From positions 4,974 through 68,973 of the forward strand of contig DBXH01000007.1 of NCBI GenBank assembly GCA_002309335.1: a DNA stretch of 64,000 nucleotides. The letters run 5' to 3'. The notes beneath the pieces were generated by a model. That model had not been told where the DNA came from, did no database searches, and saw only the letters and a program-made list of their open reading frames with translations. The DNA is from Bacteroidales bacterium UBA1217 (GTDB lineage: Bacteria > Bacteroidota > Bacteroidia > Bacteroidales > P3). Position 1 is the first letter of the stretch. Each line of letters starts with the position of its first letter. A program made the position numbers and the translations under genes. Shown here in pieces: positions 45,833-55,001 of this stretch.

Positions 45833-46089
45833 TGTTTTATGCTTTTTTATGTTATTAATTCTTGTTTTATACCAGATTGCAAAAGTAATAAATTTTTTTT
45901 GAATTTGGTTTTATTTACTTTTTTTCTCGATGCAAAAGTACTAACACTCCATTAAGTAAAACCCGAAAAGGCAATCTATTTTTCCTGAATTGTTAGGGAA
46001 AACCCTATAACGACTCCTAACGTGCAGATTATTAATATTAACCAAGTTCTAACTTCAGATACAAATTGTATTGTCCCTTTAACTCCCGC

Positions 46090-48540
46090 TTACTTTAGAT
46101 GCACTATTGTTATGCCGTCGCCGCCTAATTCGATAGGTGCCGAATGGAAGGACTGCACTTCGGGCATACTCTGCAAATGCTGTCGGATAAGGGTTTTGAG
46201 AATTCCGTATCCTTTGCCGTGAAGTATCTGCAGCTCTTTCTCGCTTAGGAGTTGTGCGTCGTCCATAAAATGCTGCAACTCGGTCAGCGCCTCTTCTGCA
46301 CGGTGCCCACGCAGGTCGAGGGTTGGCTTAAACAGTTTGCGCTTCTCGTTGATGTCGTCGTAGATGGATTGGAACCGGTCGTTGCTGCGTTTGGTCTTTT
46401 CTCCGGGAAGGACTTTCTTGCGGGTTTTCTCGAGGCGGTCCAACGGGATGGTCATTCGCAGGCTGTTGCTCTCAACGACAGCCTTTTTGCCTTTCAGTTC
46501 AACAAGTTGCCCGTAGGTGTCGTTGCCGTCTATTCGGACTATATCGCCTATTTCAAGCGGTCCGTCGACAATCTCGTTCTCTTCTTTTCTGGCTTCTGCT
46601 TTTTCGTCAATATCGGTTATGTGTTTGATTTTCTTTCGTTTTTCACGTCGTTCTCGGTCGTGCTGTTCCTGTTGGCGTTCAAGTTGCTCTGCATCGTGAC
46701 GCATCTGTTCGCGAGCCTGCTGTGTGCTTTCGCGTTCAGCGTTGGCCTCTTTTATGTCGGCAATGGTGCGCTCAACGGTGCGGTTGGCGTCGGCGATAAT
46801 CTGGCGAGCCTGTTTGCGGGCATCGGTCAGTATGTCGTAGCGCTTCTCTTCCAGTTTTTCGGTGAGTTTCTGGTATTTGGCAATGACCTCGTTGAGGAAA
46901 TTGTCCGATACCTCGAGCTCGGTGCGTTGGCGGGCAATCTCTTGTTTGTCGAGTTCGATCTGTTGCAGCTGGTGCTCAAAGTTGAGCATCTCGGTACCCA
47001 CCTTGCCTTCTGCGGCTTCTAGGATGTTGAGCGGAAAACCTATCTTAGTCGCTATCTCGAAAGCAAACGAGCTGCCCGGGTGACCTATCGCAAGCCTGTA
47101 GAGCGGCATCATCCGCTCGGTGTCAAAAAGCATTGCGCCGTTCACTATTCCGTCGAAGCGGTCGGCAAGCAGCTTGAGGTCGGCGAAGTGGGTGGTGACT
47201 ACTCCCATCGACTGACGGCTGTAAAGTTCCTCGAGCAGCGCCTCTGCAATTGCGCAGCCTGAGCGGGGCTCGGTGCCGCCGCCCAGCTCGTCGAGGAGGA
47301 ACAGCGTCTTGTCGCCGGCCGTCTCGAGCAACTGTTTCATATTTTGCAGGTGCGACGAATAGGTGCTGAGGTCGTTTTCGAGCGACTGCTGGTCGCCGAT
47401 GTCGATGAAAACATTGTCGAATATGCCGAATTCCGATGTTTCGCGGCAGGGGACAAGCAACCCGCATTGCAACATATATTGTATCAGTCCTACAGCCTTG
47501 AGGCATACCGACTTGCCTCCTGCGTTGGGTCCTGAGATGACTAGTATCCGCTTTTCGCCTCCAAGCGTCATACTGAACGGCACAACCTCCTTGTGCTGAG
47601 CCTTATGGTTGAGATAGAGCAGGGGATGGCGCGCGTCGAGCCACTCTATCATCGGACGGTTGTTCACTATCGGCATCACGCCTTGAATGCTCAGCGCAAA
47701 CCGGGCCTTTGCCCTAATAAAGTCGATGCGGGCGAGGAACCAGTAGGCGTTGGTCAGCTCTTGCAGCTGTGGTCGGATATATTCCGTAAACTGAGCAAGA
47801 ATCTTCTGTATTGCATAGCGTTCGGCGAATTCCAGTTCGCGCAGGTCGTTGTTGAGTTCAACCACCTCTGAAGGCTCGAGGAAAGCCGTCTGGCGTGTTG
47901 CCGATTCGTCTTGGATTATGCCTTTTATCTTTCTGCGGTGGGTGTCGAGCATCGGTATCACCAGTCGCCCGTTGCGGATTGTAACCTCCGCGTTTTCTGG
48001 CGCCCAGCCTTCGCGTTTGGCCCGCGAGAGTGAGCGGCTTATCTGTGCATCCACCTCGTTGCGCTTGTGCGTCATCTGATGACGGATTTCGAGCAGCTCG
48101 GGCGATGCGTTGTCGTATATCTCGCCTTTGTCGTCAATAATCTTGTCGAGGCGTTTCAATATGTTGGCGTCCAGCTCAACACGCTGCGCCAGTTCAAACA
48201 GGGTGGTGTATTTTTCGCCACCGTCGGCCAAGAGGAACCGGAGACAGTTGGTAATGGTGTGCAGCGACGCTTTGAGGTCGGGCATAGCCTCGAGGTCTAT
48301 AACGGTGTTGCCCACCTTTAGGCGCACGAGCTCCTCGCTCAGGTCGTAGAAGTCCTGCGACGGGAAGCTGTTCTCCATCAGCAGTATCTGGCGGAACTCG
48401 TCGGTCAGTTTGAGTTCGCGGGTGACACGCTCAAAATCGCTCGAAAACGCCATCTCGCCGACCATCCTCTCTGCCAGCTGGTTGGTGGTCTCCGCTGCCA
48501 CCAGTTCACGTATTTTGTCGAATGATAGTTTCTGCTCCAT
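46090..48540 (-). CDS. mutS2: Endonuclease MutS2 (MutS domain V ATPase + C-terminal Smr)
   Basis: ISGPNAGGKS (Walker A), LLDELGGGTEP, a long coiled region, and the Smr domain LDLRGHRAEEALTELQHFMDDA...LQILHGKGYGILK. Confidence 0.93.
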   Translation of the reverse strand: MEQKLSFDKIRELVAAETTNQLAERMVGEMAFSSDFERVTRELKLTDEFRQILLMENSFPSQDFYDLSEELVRLKVGNTVIDLEAMPDLKASLHTITNCLRFLLADGGEKYTTLFELAQRVELDANILKRLDKIIDDKGEIYDNASPELLEIRHQMTHKRNEVDAQISRSLSRAKREGWAPENAEVTIRNGRLVIPMLDTHRRKIKGIIQDESATRQTAFLEPSEVVELNNDLRELEFAERYAIQKILAQFTEYIRPQLQELTNAYWFLARIDFIRAKARFALSIQGVMPIVNNRPMIEWLDARHPLLYLNHKAQHKEVVPFSMTLGGEKRILVISGPNAGGKSVCLKAVGLIQYMLQCGLLVPCRETSEFGIFDNVFIDIGDQQSLENDLSTYSSHLQNMKQLLETAGDKTLFLLDELGGGTEPRSGCAIAEALLEELYSRQSMGVVTTHFADLKLLADRFDGIVNGAMLFDTERMMPLYRLAIGHPGSSFAFEIATKIGFPLNILEAAEGKVGTEMLNFEHQLQQIELDKQEIARQRTELEVSDNFLNEVIAKYQKLTEKLEEKRYDILTDARKQARQIIADANRTVERTIADIKEANAERESTQQAREQMRHDAEQLERQQEQHDRERREKRKKIKHITDIDEKAEARKEENEIVDGPLEIGDIVRIDGNDTYGQLVELKGKKAVVESNSLRMTIPLDRLEKTRKKVLPGEKTKRSNDRFQSIYDDINEKRKLFKPTLDLRGHRAEEALTELQHFMDDAQLLSEKELQILHGKGYGILKTLIRQHLQSMPEVQSFHSAPIELGGDGITIVHLK

Positions 48541-48697
48541 AATATTTACCTTAACGCAAACAGCAGTCGGATAGTATGAAAATTGAAAATTAAAATTTCA
48601 GCAGGAACCCCGGTCAAATGCAAAAAAAGCCCTTAAATCACCCCCAAAACGCCCCATTTTCTCGCTATCTCTAAGTGCGTGTTCTTCTGGGTCATAG

Positions 48698-48750
48698 CTT
48701 TACCAAAGTCTTACCAAAGCCTAACCAAAGTTTACCCAAATATTACCATT
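48698..48750 (+). repeat. Five phased direct repeats T(T/A)ACC(A/C)AA(G), period 10-11 bp
   Basis: tttaccaaag tcttaccaaag cctaaccaaag tttacccaaa tattaccatt, followed by GTAAAG inverted copies at 48751-48775. Located in the mutS2 upstream region. Confidence 0.8.
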
Positions 48751-48868
48751 GTAAAGTTTAATAGATGTAAAGTAAAAGTTTAGTTAGAATTTAACCAAGA
48801 ACTAAACAAAAAAAAAGTGTACGGCGGTGTTGGAATGAACCCTGAATGATTTGTTCAAGACACATTAA

Positions 48869-49660
48869 TTAATCGAAATCCAGGTTGAAGGGCCAGTGCT
48901 GGCGGAAGGTGGCGAGTTTGTCGGCCGAGAGTTCGGCGGTGATGATGCGGTCGTAGGGGTTGGCGGCGTCGAGTGACGGAGGTATTTCGTTGATGGGCAG
49001 TCCTTTGTAGTCGATGATTGCGGAGCAGCCGGCGTAGTCGATGCCTGTGCTGTCGCGGCCAACGCGGTTGCAGCCGATGGCATACGAGAGGTTTTCGATG
49101 GCTCGGGCGCGGAGCAGGGTGCGCCAGGCTTCGTAGCGCGAGCCGGGCCAGTTGGCGCAGACAAGCAGTATGTCGTAATCCCAATCGGTGGTGTTGCGTA
49201 GCCAGATGGGGAAACGCAGGTCGTAGCATACGGCGGGCCGGATGCGCCAACCGCGCCATTCGGCGGTGATGCGGCGGGTTCCGCGGCCTATCTGCGACGC
49301 CTCGCTGCTCATACGGAAAGTATGGCCTTTGTCGTAATAATCGTAATTGCCGTCGGGTCTGACGAGGTGCAGGCGGTTGTATACGATGCCGTTCTCTTTT
49401 ACCGTCCACGTGCCGACAAACAAGGCATCGTATCGCTTGGCCATCGAGAGGGCGAACTCGAAAGTGGGTCCTTTGGGCTCTTCTGCCTGGCGGGCCATAT
49501 GGTCTCCAAAGCCAGTGCTGAAAGTCTCGGGAACAACCAGGATGTCGGTATGGTCGATAGCCGACTCAAAGGCCTGTTTCACTTTGCGGTAGTTGGCTTG
49601 CGGGTCTTCCCAGACGATATCTTGTTGATAGAGTGCAATGTTTAGTTTTTCTTGTATCAT
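48869..49660 (-). CDS. Carbon-nitrogen hydrolase family amidohydrolase (YafV/omega-amidase-like)
   Basis: LNIALYQQDIVWEDPQANY, VVPETFSTGF (catalytic Glu), and PAVCYDLRFP (catalytic Cys). Confidence 0.8.
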   Translation of the reverse strand: MIQEKLNIALYQQDIVWEDPQANYRKVKQAFESAIDHTDILVVPETFSTGFGDHMARQAEEPKGPTFEFALSMAKRYDALFVGTWTVKENGIVYNRLHLVRPDGNYDYYDKGHTFRMSSEASQIGRGTRRITAEWRGWRIRPAVCYDLRFPIWLRNTTDWDYDILLVCANWPGSRYEAWRTLLRARAIENLSYAIGCNRVGRDSTGIDYAGCSAIIDYKGLPINEIPPSLDAANPYDRIITAELSADKLATFRQHWPFNLDFD

Positions 49661-49708
49661 TTTTCGCGTGAATGGTGAACGGTGACCTGTGATTGGTGAA
49701 TTGTTGTT

Positions 49709-50278
49709 TTACTGGCAGTTGCAGACGTAGTCCCAGCGTTTGCGAGGCGAGGGGAGGAGCTCTTCTATGGCCTGCTGGTCGTCCCAAGTGAGAGGACAAA
49801 CGCGCAAATCTATGAGTTTCAGATTGCTGTTGAGCACTACAAACGATGGAGGGAATGAAATGACGCCTGTACACCAGAGTATCAGTTGTTCAAGGTTGGT
49901 GAGTTGCGACATTTCGTCGGGCAGGTCGAGTATCGGATTACGGCTTAGGTTTAGGTACCGTAGGTTGCGCAGCTGTCCCAGTTCGGGCGGGATGACACGC
50001 AGGCGGTTGCGGCGCAGGTCGAGTTCCTCAAGGTTGACCAGATTGCCTATTTCGGGCGGTATGCTGTCGATAAAATTGCGTCCGAGGTCCAACTCGCGAA
50101 GGTTGTGCAGTGTGAATACCTTGGGCGGAATCTGTTTCAGTCGCTTGTAGTTGAGTTTCAATATGTATACCGAATCGGGATTGCGTATTTCCTTGATTGA
50201 CTTGTAGACGCGGTTGCGCTGTGCGGCGGCGCCCATAACCAAAGCAAGGAGCATAAGGAGTGTGATGGTCTTTTTCAT
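49709..50278 (-). CDS. Secreted leucine-rich repeat protein
   Basis: Signal peptide plus about six LRRs (LRELDLGRNFIDSIPPEIGNLVNLEELDLRRNRLRVIPPELGQLRNLRYLNLSRNPI). ATGA overlap with the ribF stop. Confidence 0.8.
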   Translation of the reverse strand: MKKTITLLMLLALVMGAAAQRNRVYKSIKEIRNPDSVYILKLNYKRLKQIPPKVFTLHNLRELDLGRNFIDSIPPEIGNLVNLEELDLRRNRLRVIPPELGQLRNLRYLNLSRNPILDLPDEMSQLTNLEQLILWCTGVISFPPSFVVLNSNLKLIDLRVCPLTWDDQQAIEELLPSPRKRWDYVCNCQ

Positions 50279-51207
50279 ATTTGTTGGTGGATTATTGTGC
50301 GAGTTGCTTCGCGGTCTTTTTGCAGTTGTTCTGTCAGCGCGTCGGGCGATGCAAAGGTCTGAATGTCGCGCAGCCGCGAGATGAATTCGACTTGGATTTG
50401 ACGATTGTAAAGGTCGCCGTCAAAGTCGAGGAGATGGACTTCGAGAGCTGGAACGTCTTGATTAAATGTTGGTTGACTGCCCAAGTTGGCCATTGCAGCG
50501 TAGTGTGTTTCGTCAATGGTGGCGCGGAGGGCGTAGACTCCGGCAGAGGGAAGCAGCTTGTTTGGGTCGGACGGGCTGATGTTGGCCGTAGGGAATCCCA
50601 ATGCCGAGCCGATGTGTCGTCCGTGAATCACCGTGCCTTCGATAGTGTATGGACGGCCAAGCATAGTGTTGGCCAGAGCTATATCGCCGTTTGTCAGAGC
50701 CTTGCGTATCTTTGTTGAACTCACTTCTACACCTTCAATCAATACAGCTTCATCGCGGCAGATAGAGAAACCAATTTCTGCTGCCAGTTGCGGCAAAAGG
50801 TCGAAATCATTTTTGCTGCGACTTCCGAACATATTGTCGTAACCTAACAGCAAGGTATGCATATTCAGTCTTTTGCATAGGAATTGGCGGGTGAAATCGC
50901 ACGCTGAGAGCGATGCTGTCTCGATGTCGAAATGAACCATAACGACTGTTGGAACTCCACATTCCTCAAGCAATGCAAGTCGTTCGTCGCTGGTCGAGAG
51001 TAAAGACAGCTGTGTTGATGGGTCGAGCACCTGTCGGGGATGGCGGTCGAAAGTGACCACGATAGGCTCCTGCTTTGAACATCCTGCCACCTTCAGCAGG
51101 CGCTTCACAAGATGTCGATGACCCAGATGCAGACCGTCGAACATACCGACTGTGACAGCGGTTTCTTGTGTTAGATGGTTGATATCGTTTATGTTGAGCA
51201 GTCTCAT
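50275..51207 (-). CDS. ribF: Bifunctional riboflavin kinase / FMN adenylyltransferase
   Basis: TVGMFDGLHLGHRHL, VVTFDRHP, and kinase-domain motifs GRHIGSALGFPTAN and LEVHLLDFDGDLY. I prefer the ATG at 51207 (MRLLNIN) because a promoter lies at 51227-51257. Confidence 0.9.
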   Translation of the reverse strand: MRLLNINDINHLTQETAVTVGMFDGLHLGHRHLVKRLLKVAGCSKQEPIVVTFDRHPRQVLDPSTQLSLLSTSDERLALLEECGVPTVVMVHFDIETASLSACDFTRQFLCKRLNMHTLLLGYDNMFGSRSKNDFDLLPQLAAEIGFSICRDEAVLIEGVEVSSTKIRKALTNGDIALANTMLGRPYTIEGTVIHGRHIGSALGFPTANISPSDPNKLLPSAGVYALRATIDETHYAAMANLGSQPTFNQDVPALEVHLLDFDGDLYNRQIQVEFISRLRDIQTFASPDALTEQLQKDREATRTIIHQQI

Positions 51208-51226
51208 CGGTGATGTATAGATTTTA

Positions 51227-51257
51227 CAAAGATACATATTTTGCCTAAGGTGGCAAA
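51227..51257 (-). promoter_or_regulatory. Promoter of ribF (TTTG-N19-TATCTTTG)
   Basis: CAAAGATA at 51227-51234 and CAAA at 51254-51257 on the plus strand. Confidence 0.65.
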
Positions 51258-51280
51258 AATAAGTATATGGTAATATTATT

Positions 51281-51318
51281 AAAAAAAAACATCCCTTGGC
51301 CGGAGATGTTGTTTTTGG
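51281..51318. terminator. Strong hairpin flanked by A9 and T5 (bidirectional; best as a minus-strand terminator)
   Basis: A9-CATCCC-ttggcc-GGaGATG-TTGTTTTT. On the minus strand the stem is followed by T9. Confidence 0.7.
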
Positions 51319-51332
51319 TTTGGTGCGTTTCT

Positions 51333-51410
51333 ATGACAGATTATCGAACATTTCGCGGCGATTATCAAAAGTTAGTTGATTTCGTTCATTGGTATAACGA
51401 ATACAGTTGA
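51333..51410 (+). pseudogene. Possible remnant of an IS/integrase (rve-type) C-terminus
   Basis: This frame translates to MTDYRTFRGDYQKLVDFVHWYNEYS*, which resembles the ...F.....A...I..YI.WYN... tail of DDE/rve transposases. Only 25 codons, no upstream body. Confidence 0.3.
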
Positions 51411-51676
51411 TAAATATTATCATCACATAAAAATTTTATGAGAAGGTTAATATATGGGCGTTGCGGTCCTGTATTTCAGACCCGACAAAGCCCATTCCAC
51501 CACCCAACAGGTTATAAACTTTTCCACTTTATTAAAGTGTTTTTCCTTGTGGAAAAAAGTGCTATTAGAGGTTATAAATGTGAAAATATTAAAGTTATGA
51601 CAATAAAAAGAAACACCAAAAGCAACTAAAGTTCAGATGTTTAACGTCATATATACAGGTTATTATGAAAATATAT

Positions 51677-51707
51677 TTTGTCAATTCGTTGAAAATGTAT
51701 AATTTTG
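51677..51707 (+). promoter_or_regulatory. Promoter (TTTG-N19-TAATTTTG) preceding a ~300-nt structured leader
   Basis: TTTG at 51677-51680 and TAATTTTG at 51700-51707. No ORF of 60 aa or more until 52017. Confidence 0.6.
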
Positions 51708-52016
51708 CATTCGTAAACCGCAAGAATAGGTTTACCGAAAAGAGTGCTTTTCGCTTATTCTGTTGATGGTGAACTTGGACACTTCACTTAATTGTTGATT
51801 CAGAATAAGGAAAATGAGTGCTCACTTGTATTGTATTCGTATTATGCGACATACAACAAGTGGGGCAAATTCAGAATCCTTATCTAATCAATAAAGGGAG
51901 TCCAAGCCCTACCATCGAGGATGAGGCGCAAATGGATGGCTCCACTTTCTTCGTTTAGTTTAATTCTCTCCGAGCCGAGAACAGAAGTTGTGCCCGACAC
52001 GTATTAGGGAATAGTT

Positions 52017-52238
52017 ATGGAAGGGACACCATTATCTATTGAACTCCTTTTGGAAAAAGGATTTGAAGAAAAAATAATGGAAGGAAAGTCCGTTTTTGTT
52101 AAAGAAGGAATAGCCATTGTACTCACAACCAAATGGCAGCCTTGTCGTATGGAAGCAGGAAGGCTTATCTCTACCAACGTGTATGTTGACACCTGGGAGG
52201 AACTGGAAAAACTTATGCAGGAAGGAGGTATAAGATGA
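52017..52238 (+). CDS. Hypothetical 73-aa protein
   Basis: ORF with an ATGA overlap to the next gene. No recognisable motif. Confidence 0.4.
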   Translation: MEGTPLSIELLLEKGFEEKIMEGKSVFVKEGIAIVLTTKWQPCRMEAGRLISTNVYVDTWEELEKLMQEGGIR

Positions 52239-52630
52239 AACCTTTAAAAACTATTCTGATGCTTATGTGCATAGCTTCTCTAACAGCATTAACAGCCTGT
52301 TCTGAAGATGACACCATTGGAGGCGGTAATGCAAGTATCATCGGCAAATGGAAATGCACCGTGGATAACTATAATGATAATGGCAACGATTTTGGACACG
52401 ATTCCTTTGTTGGAAATACATGGGAATTTAAAGACGGTGGTGTGCTCAAAATGGGAGACGAAATGACCACTTACACCATAGATGGCAACGATATTGTAAT
52501 TGCTGGCGGAATGGAGTATGGCACAGTCGCAAAGTTAACCAGTTCAACGTTGATTCTGGACCTGACAATTAACGCTACACACCCCGGTAGGCCATATCCA
52601 ACCGATCATTTGGAATTTGCCAAACAGTAA
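52235..52630 (+). CDS. Small lipoprotein, lipocalin-like (putative)
   Basis: Lipobox LTACSED. GKWKC...NTWEFKDGGVLKM...YTIDGNDIVI...AKLTSSTLILDL resembles lipocalin-like beta-barrel domains. Confidence 0.55.
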   Translation: MKPLKTILMLMCIASLTALTACSEDDTIGGGNASIIGKWKCTVDNYNDNGNDFGHDSFVGNTWEFKDGGVLKMGDEMTTYTIDGNDIVIAGGMEYGTVAKLTSSTLILDLTINATHPGRPYPTDHLEFAKQ

Positions 52631-52694
52631 ACCTTGTGAATGAGGATGCCTTATCATTTTGGGGGCATCCTCATTTAAATAAAAATAGTTGATT

Positions 52695-54920
52695 ATGAAG
52701 AGAAACATATTTTTTTTGTTTGTTTTATTGATTTGTTGTCAGGCGGCTTTTGCTTATGATTTTTCAGTTGTGGCACCCAGCGGACAGACGTTGTACTATA
52801 ACATCAATAGTGGTGGAGTCACGGTGACATACCCAAATAATTCAAATGGTTCTTGGGTAGGCTACTCCAGCCCTGTCGGAAATTTAATAATTCCCAATAC
52901 TGTTGCCTATGGTGGCACAACTTACTCCGTCACCGGCATCGATAATTATGCCTTTAATCAATGTTCAAACTTGACATCAGTAACAATAGGAGACTCCGTC
53001 ACTAACGTCGGAAATAGAGCCTTTTCTGGTTGCACTGGATTAACATCGGTGGTATTTAATGCCGTCAGGTGCACATCAGTGCCATCTTCATATAACAATA
53101 GGATATTTAGGGACTGTCCAAATATCACCAACTTTACCTTTGGCAATAACGTTGAACTAATTCCTCGCTACTTGTGTTCTCAAATAAGTGGATTAACATC
53201 CGTGACAATCCCAAACTCCGTTACCAGCATTGGAACTAGTACATTTCAGAGTTGCACAGGATTGACATCGGTGATAATCGGAAAGTCTGTTACCAGCATT
53301 GGGACTAATGCCTTTTTTGGTTGTACTGGATTAACATCGGTGGTGTTCAACGCCGATAGTTGTACGGATGCAGGTTATTCGTCGTATACATCCGATGGAA
53401 CCACATATTATAATTGGGCATTTAAGGGGTGTACAAACATCACCAGCTTTGTATTCGGAGATAATGTGAAAAACATTCCATATTGTTTATGTCGTGAATT
53501 AACAGGCTTGACATCTATAACAATTCCCGACTCAGTTACCAATATGGATGACGGAGCCTTTTATCAATGTTCGGGTTTGACATCAGTAACAATCGGGAAC
53601 TCCATCACGAGCATTAAACAATATGCCTTTTATCAATGTTCAAGCTTGACATCGGTGACAATACCCAACTCGGTCACCAGCATTGGTAATTATGCCTTTT
53701 ATTATTGTACAGGCTTGACATCGTTGACAATCGGGAACTCCGTTACCAGCATTGGCCAATCTGCCTTTGAGCATTGTACGGGCTTTACATCGTTGTCAAT
53801 TCCAAATTCCGTTACTAGCATTGGTATTGAAGCCTTTCGTACTTGTACAGGATTAACATCTGTGATTATTGGAAACTCCGTCACTTACATTGGATATCAA
53901 GCTTTTTATGGCTGTGGATTGACATCGATAACTTTTTTAAGTCCGACACCGCCGACTATTTATAATGGCTATTCTAGCGCTTTTGCATATAACCCGGCAA
54001 ATCGTGTTGTATATGTTCCTTGTGGGAGTCGGTCTCTGTATGCAAACATTATTTCAAGTATTAACCTGTATGAGATGTATTATGAATTGTTTGCTGTATC
54101 GGCTGACGATAGTACGGGCACTGTGCAAATCCTCACGAATCCATCCTGCTCCGACCATAACGCAGTAATATCTGCCGTGCCAGCCGACGGCTACCGCTTC
54201 GACCACTGGAGCACAGGCAGTACAGACAATCCATATACTTTGACCGTCACCAGTGATACCACCATAACAGCCTTCTTTGAGGAATATGTACCAGAGACGT
54301 ATACTGTCACCGTCCTTGTTGACAACCCTGCGACGGGTAGCGTAACAGGAGGCGGAGTTTATGAGAATGGTACATCAGTAACCATTACGGCATACCCAGT
54401 TGACGGCTACCATTTCGACCACTGGAGCACGGGTTGCACAGAAAATCCCTATACGTTAACCGTTACCAGTGACACAACCATAACAGCCTTCTTCGAGGAA
54501 GATTTACCAGAGTCATATACTGTAACCGTACTCGTTGACAACCCAGGGACGGGTAGCGTAACAGGAGGCGGAGTTTATGAGGAGGGTACATCAGTAACCA
54601 TTACGGCATACCCTGCCGACGGTTACCGCTTCGATCACTGGAGCACAGGTAGCACCGATAATCCTTATACACTGACCGTTGTTACCGATACGACCATAAT
54701 CGGCTACTTTGTTTCAAATAGCGACATTAATGAAACTGAAGAAAACGACATTCATATAAGCGTACTCAATGGACAAATCTGTGTTGAAGGTGTAGTAAAC
54801 GAAGAGGTGCAAGTGTATGATATTACTGGACGTTTGGTACGCAATCATTCTTTACCAACAGGAGTATACTTGGTCAAGGTAGGAGCATTGCCAGCACGTA
54901 AAGTGGTTGTAATGAGATAG
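52695..54920 (+). CDS. BspA-type leucine-rich-repeat surface protein with three Listeria-Bacteroides (InlB B-type) repeats and a T9SS C-terminal sorting domain
   Basis: About 12 repeats of IP.SVTSIG..AF..C.GLTSV.I. Three copies of DGY.FDHWSTG.T.NPYTLTVTSDTTITAFFEE. The C-terminus VQVYDITGRLVRNHSLPTGVYLVKVG is CTD-like. The track start 52689 is a TTG; the ATG is at 52695. Confidence 0.85.
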   Translation: MKRNIFFLFVLLICCQAAFAYDFSVVAPSGQTLYYNINSGGVTVTYPNNSNGSWVGYSSPVGNLIIPNTVAYGGTTYSVTGIDNYAFNQCSNLTSVTIGDSVTNVGNRAFSGCTGLTSVVFNAVRCTSVPSSYNNRIFRDCPNITNFTFGNNVELIPRYLCSQISGLTSVTIPNSVTSIGTSTFQSCTGLTSVIIGKSVTSIGTNAFFGCTGLTSVVFNADSCTDAGYSSYTSDGTTYYNWAFKGCTNITSFVFGDNVKNIPYCLCRELTGLTSITIPDSVTNMDDGAFYQCSGLTSVTIGNSITSIKQYAFYQCSSLTSVTIPNSVTSIGNYAFYYCTGLTSLTIGNSVTSIGQSAFEHCTGFTSLSIPNSVTSIGIEAFRTCTGLTSVIIGNSVTYIGYQAFYGCGLTSITFLSPTPPTIYNGYSSAFAYNPANRVVYVPCGSRSLYANIISSINLYEMYYELFAVSADDSTGTVQILTNPSCSDHNAVISAVPADGYRFDHWSTGSTDNPYTLTVTSDTTITAFFEEYVPETYTVTVLVDNPATGSVTGGGVYENGTSVTITAYPVDGYHFDHWSTGCTENPYTLTVTSDTTITAFFEEDLPESYTVTVLVDNPGTGSVTGGGVYEEGTSVTITAYPADGYRFDHWSTGSTDNPYTLTVVTDTTIIGYFVSNSDINETEENDIHISVLNGQICVEGVVNEEVQVYDITGRLVRNHSLPTGVYLVKVGALPARKVVVMR
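54186..54700 (+). repeat. About 2.4 tandem copies of a 216-bp (72-codon) unit
   Basis: gacggctacc at 54186, gacggctacc at 54402 and gacggttacc at 54618, a period of exactly 216 nt with long identical stretches. Confidence 0.85.
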
Positions 54921-54955
54921 TGCAGCCACAACACAGTAAAGTTTGTATAGATGCT

Positions 54956-54988
54956 AAAAAGGACGACCGAAACGGTCGCCCTTTTTTA
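54956..54988. terminator. Terminator between the LRR gene and tRNA-Leu
   Basis: A5, then GGACGACCG-aaa-CGGTCGCCC, then T6. Confidence 0.75.
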
Positions 54989-55001
54989 TGTTCCAATTTT
55001 T

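Noticed and set aside
45880-45940. Two consecutive minus-strand -7 boxes (CAAAAGTA at 45880 and 45933), which might indicate a small RNA between them
   Set aside because: Neither has a TTTG -33 box at the 19-nt spacing seen elsewhere. The intervening 45 nt show no hairpin or terminator. They are more likely alternative promoters of the lipoprotein gene.
51890-52016. Possible RNase P RNA or group II intron domain V fragment (AGGGAGTCCAAGCCC; GAGCCGAGAACAGAAG)
   Set aside because: There are only short chance-level resemblances. The surrounding sequence lacks the other universally conserved RNase P or intron elements and is far too AT-rich and short.
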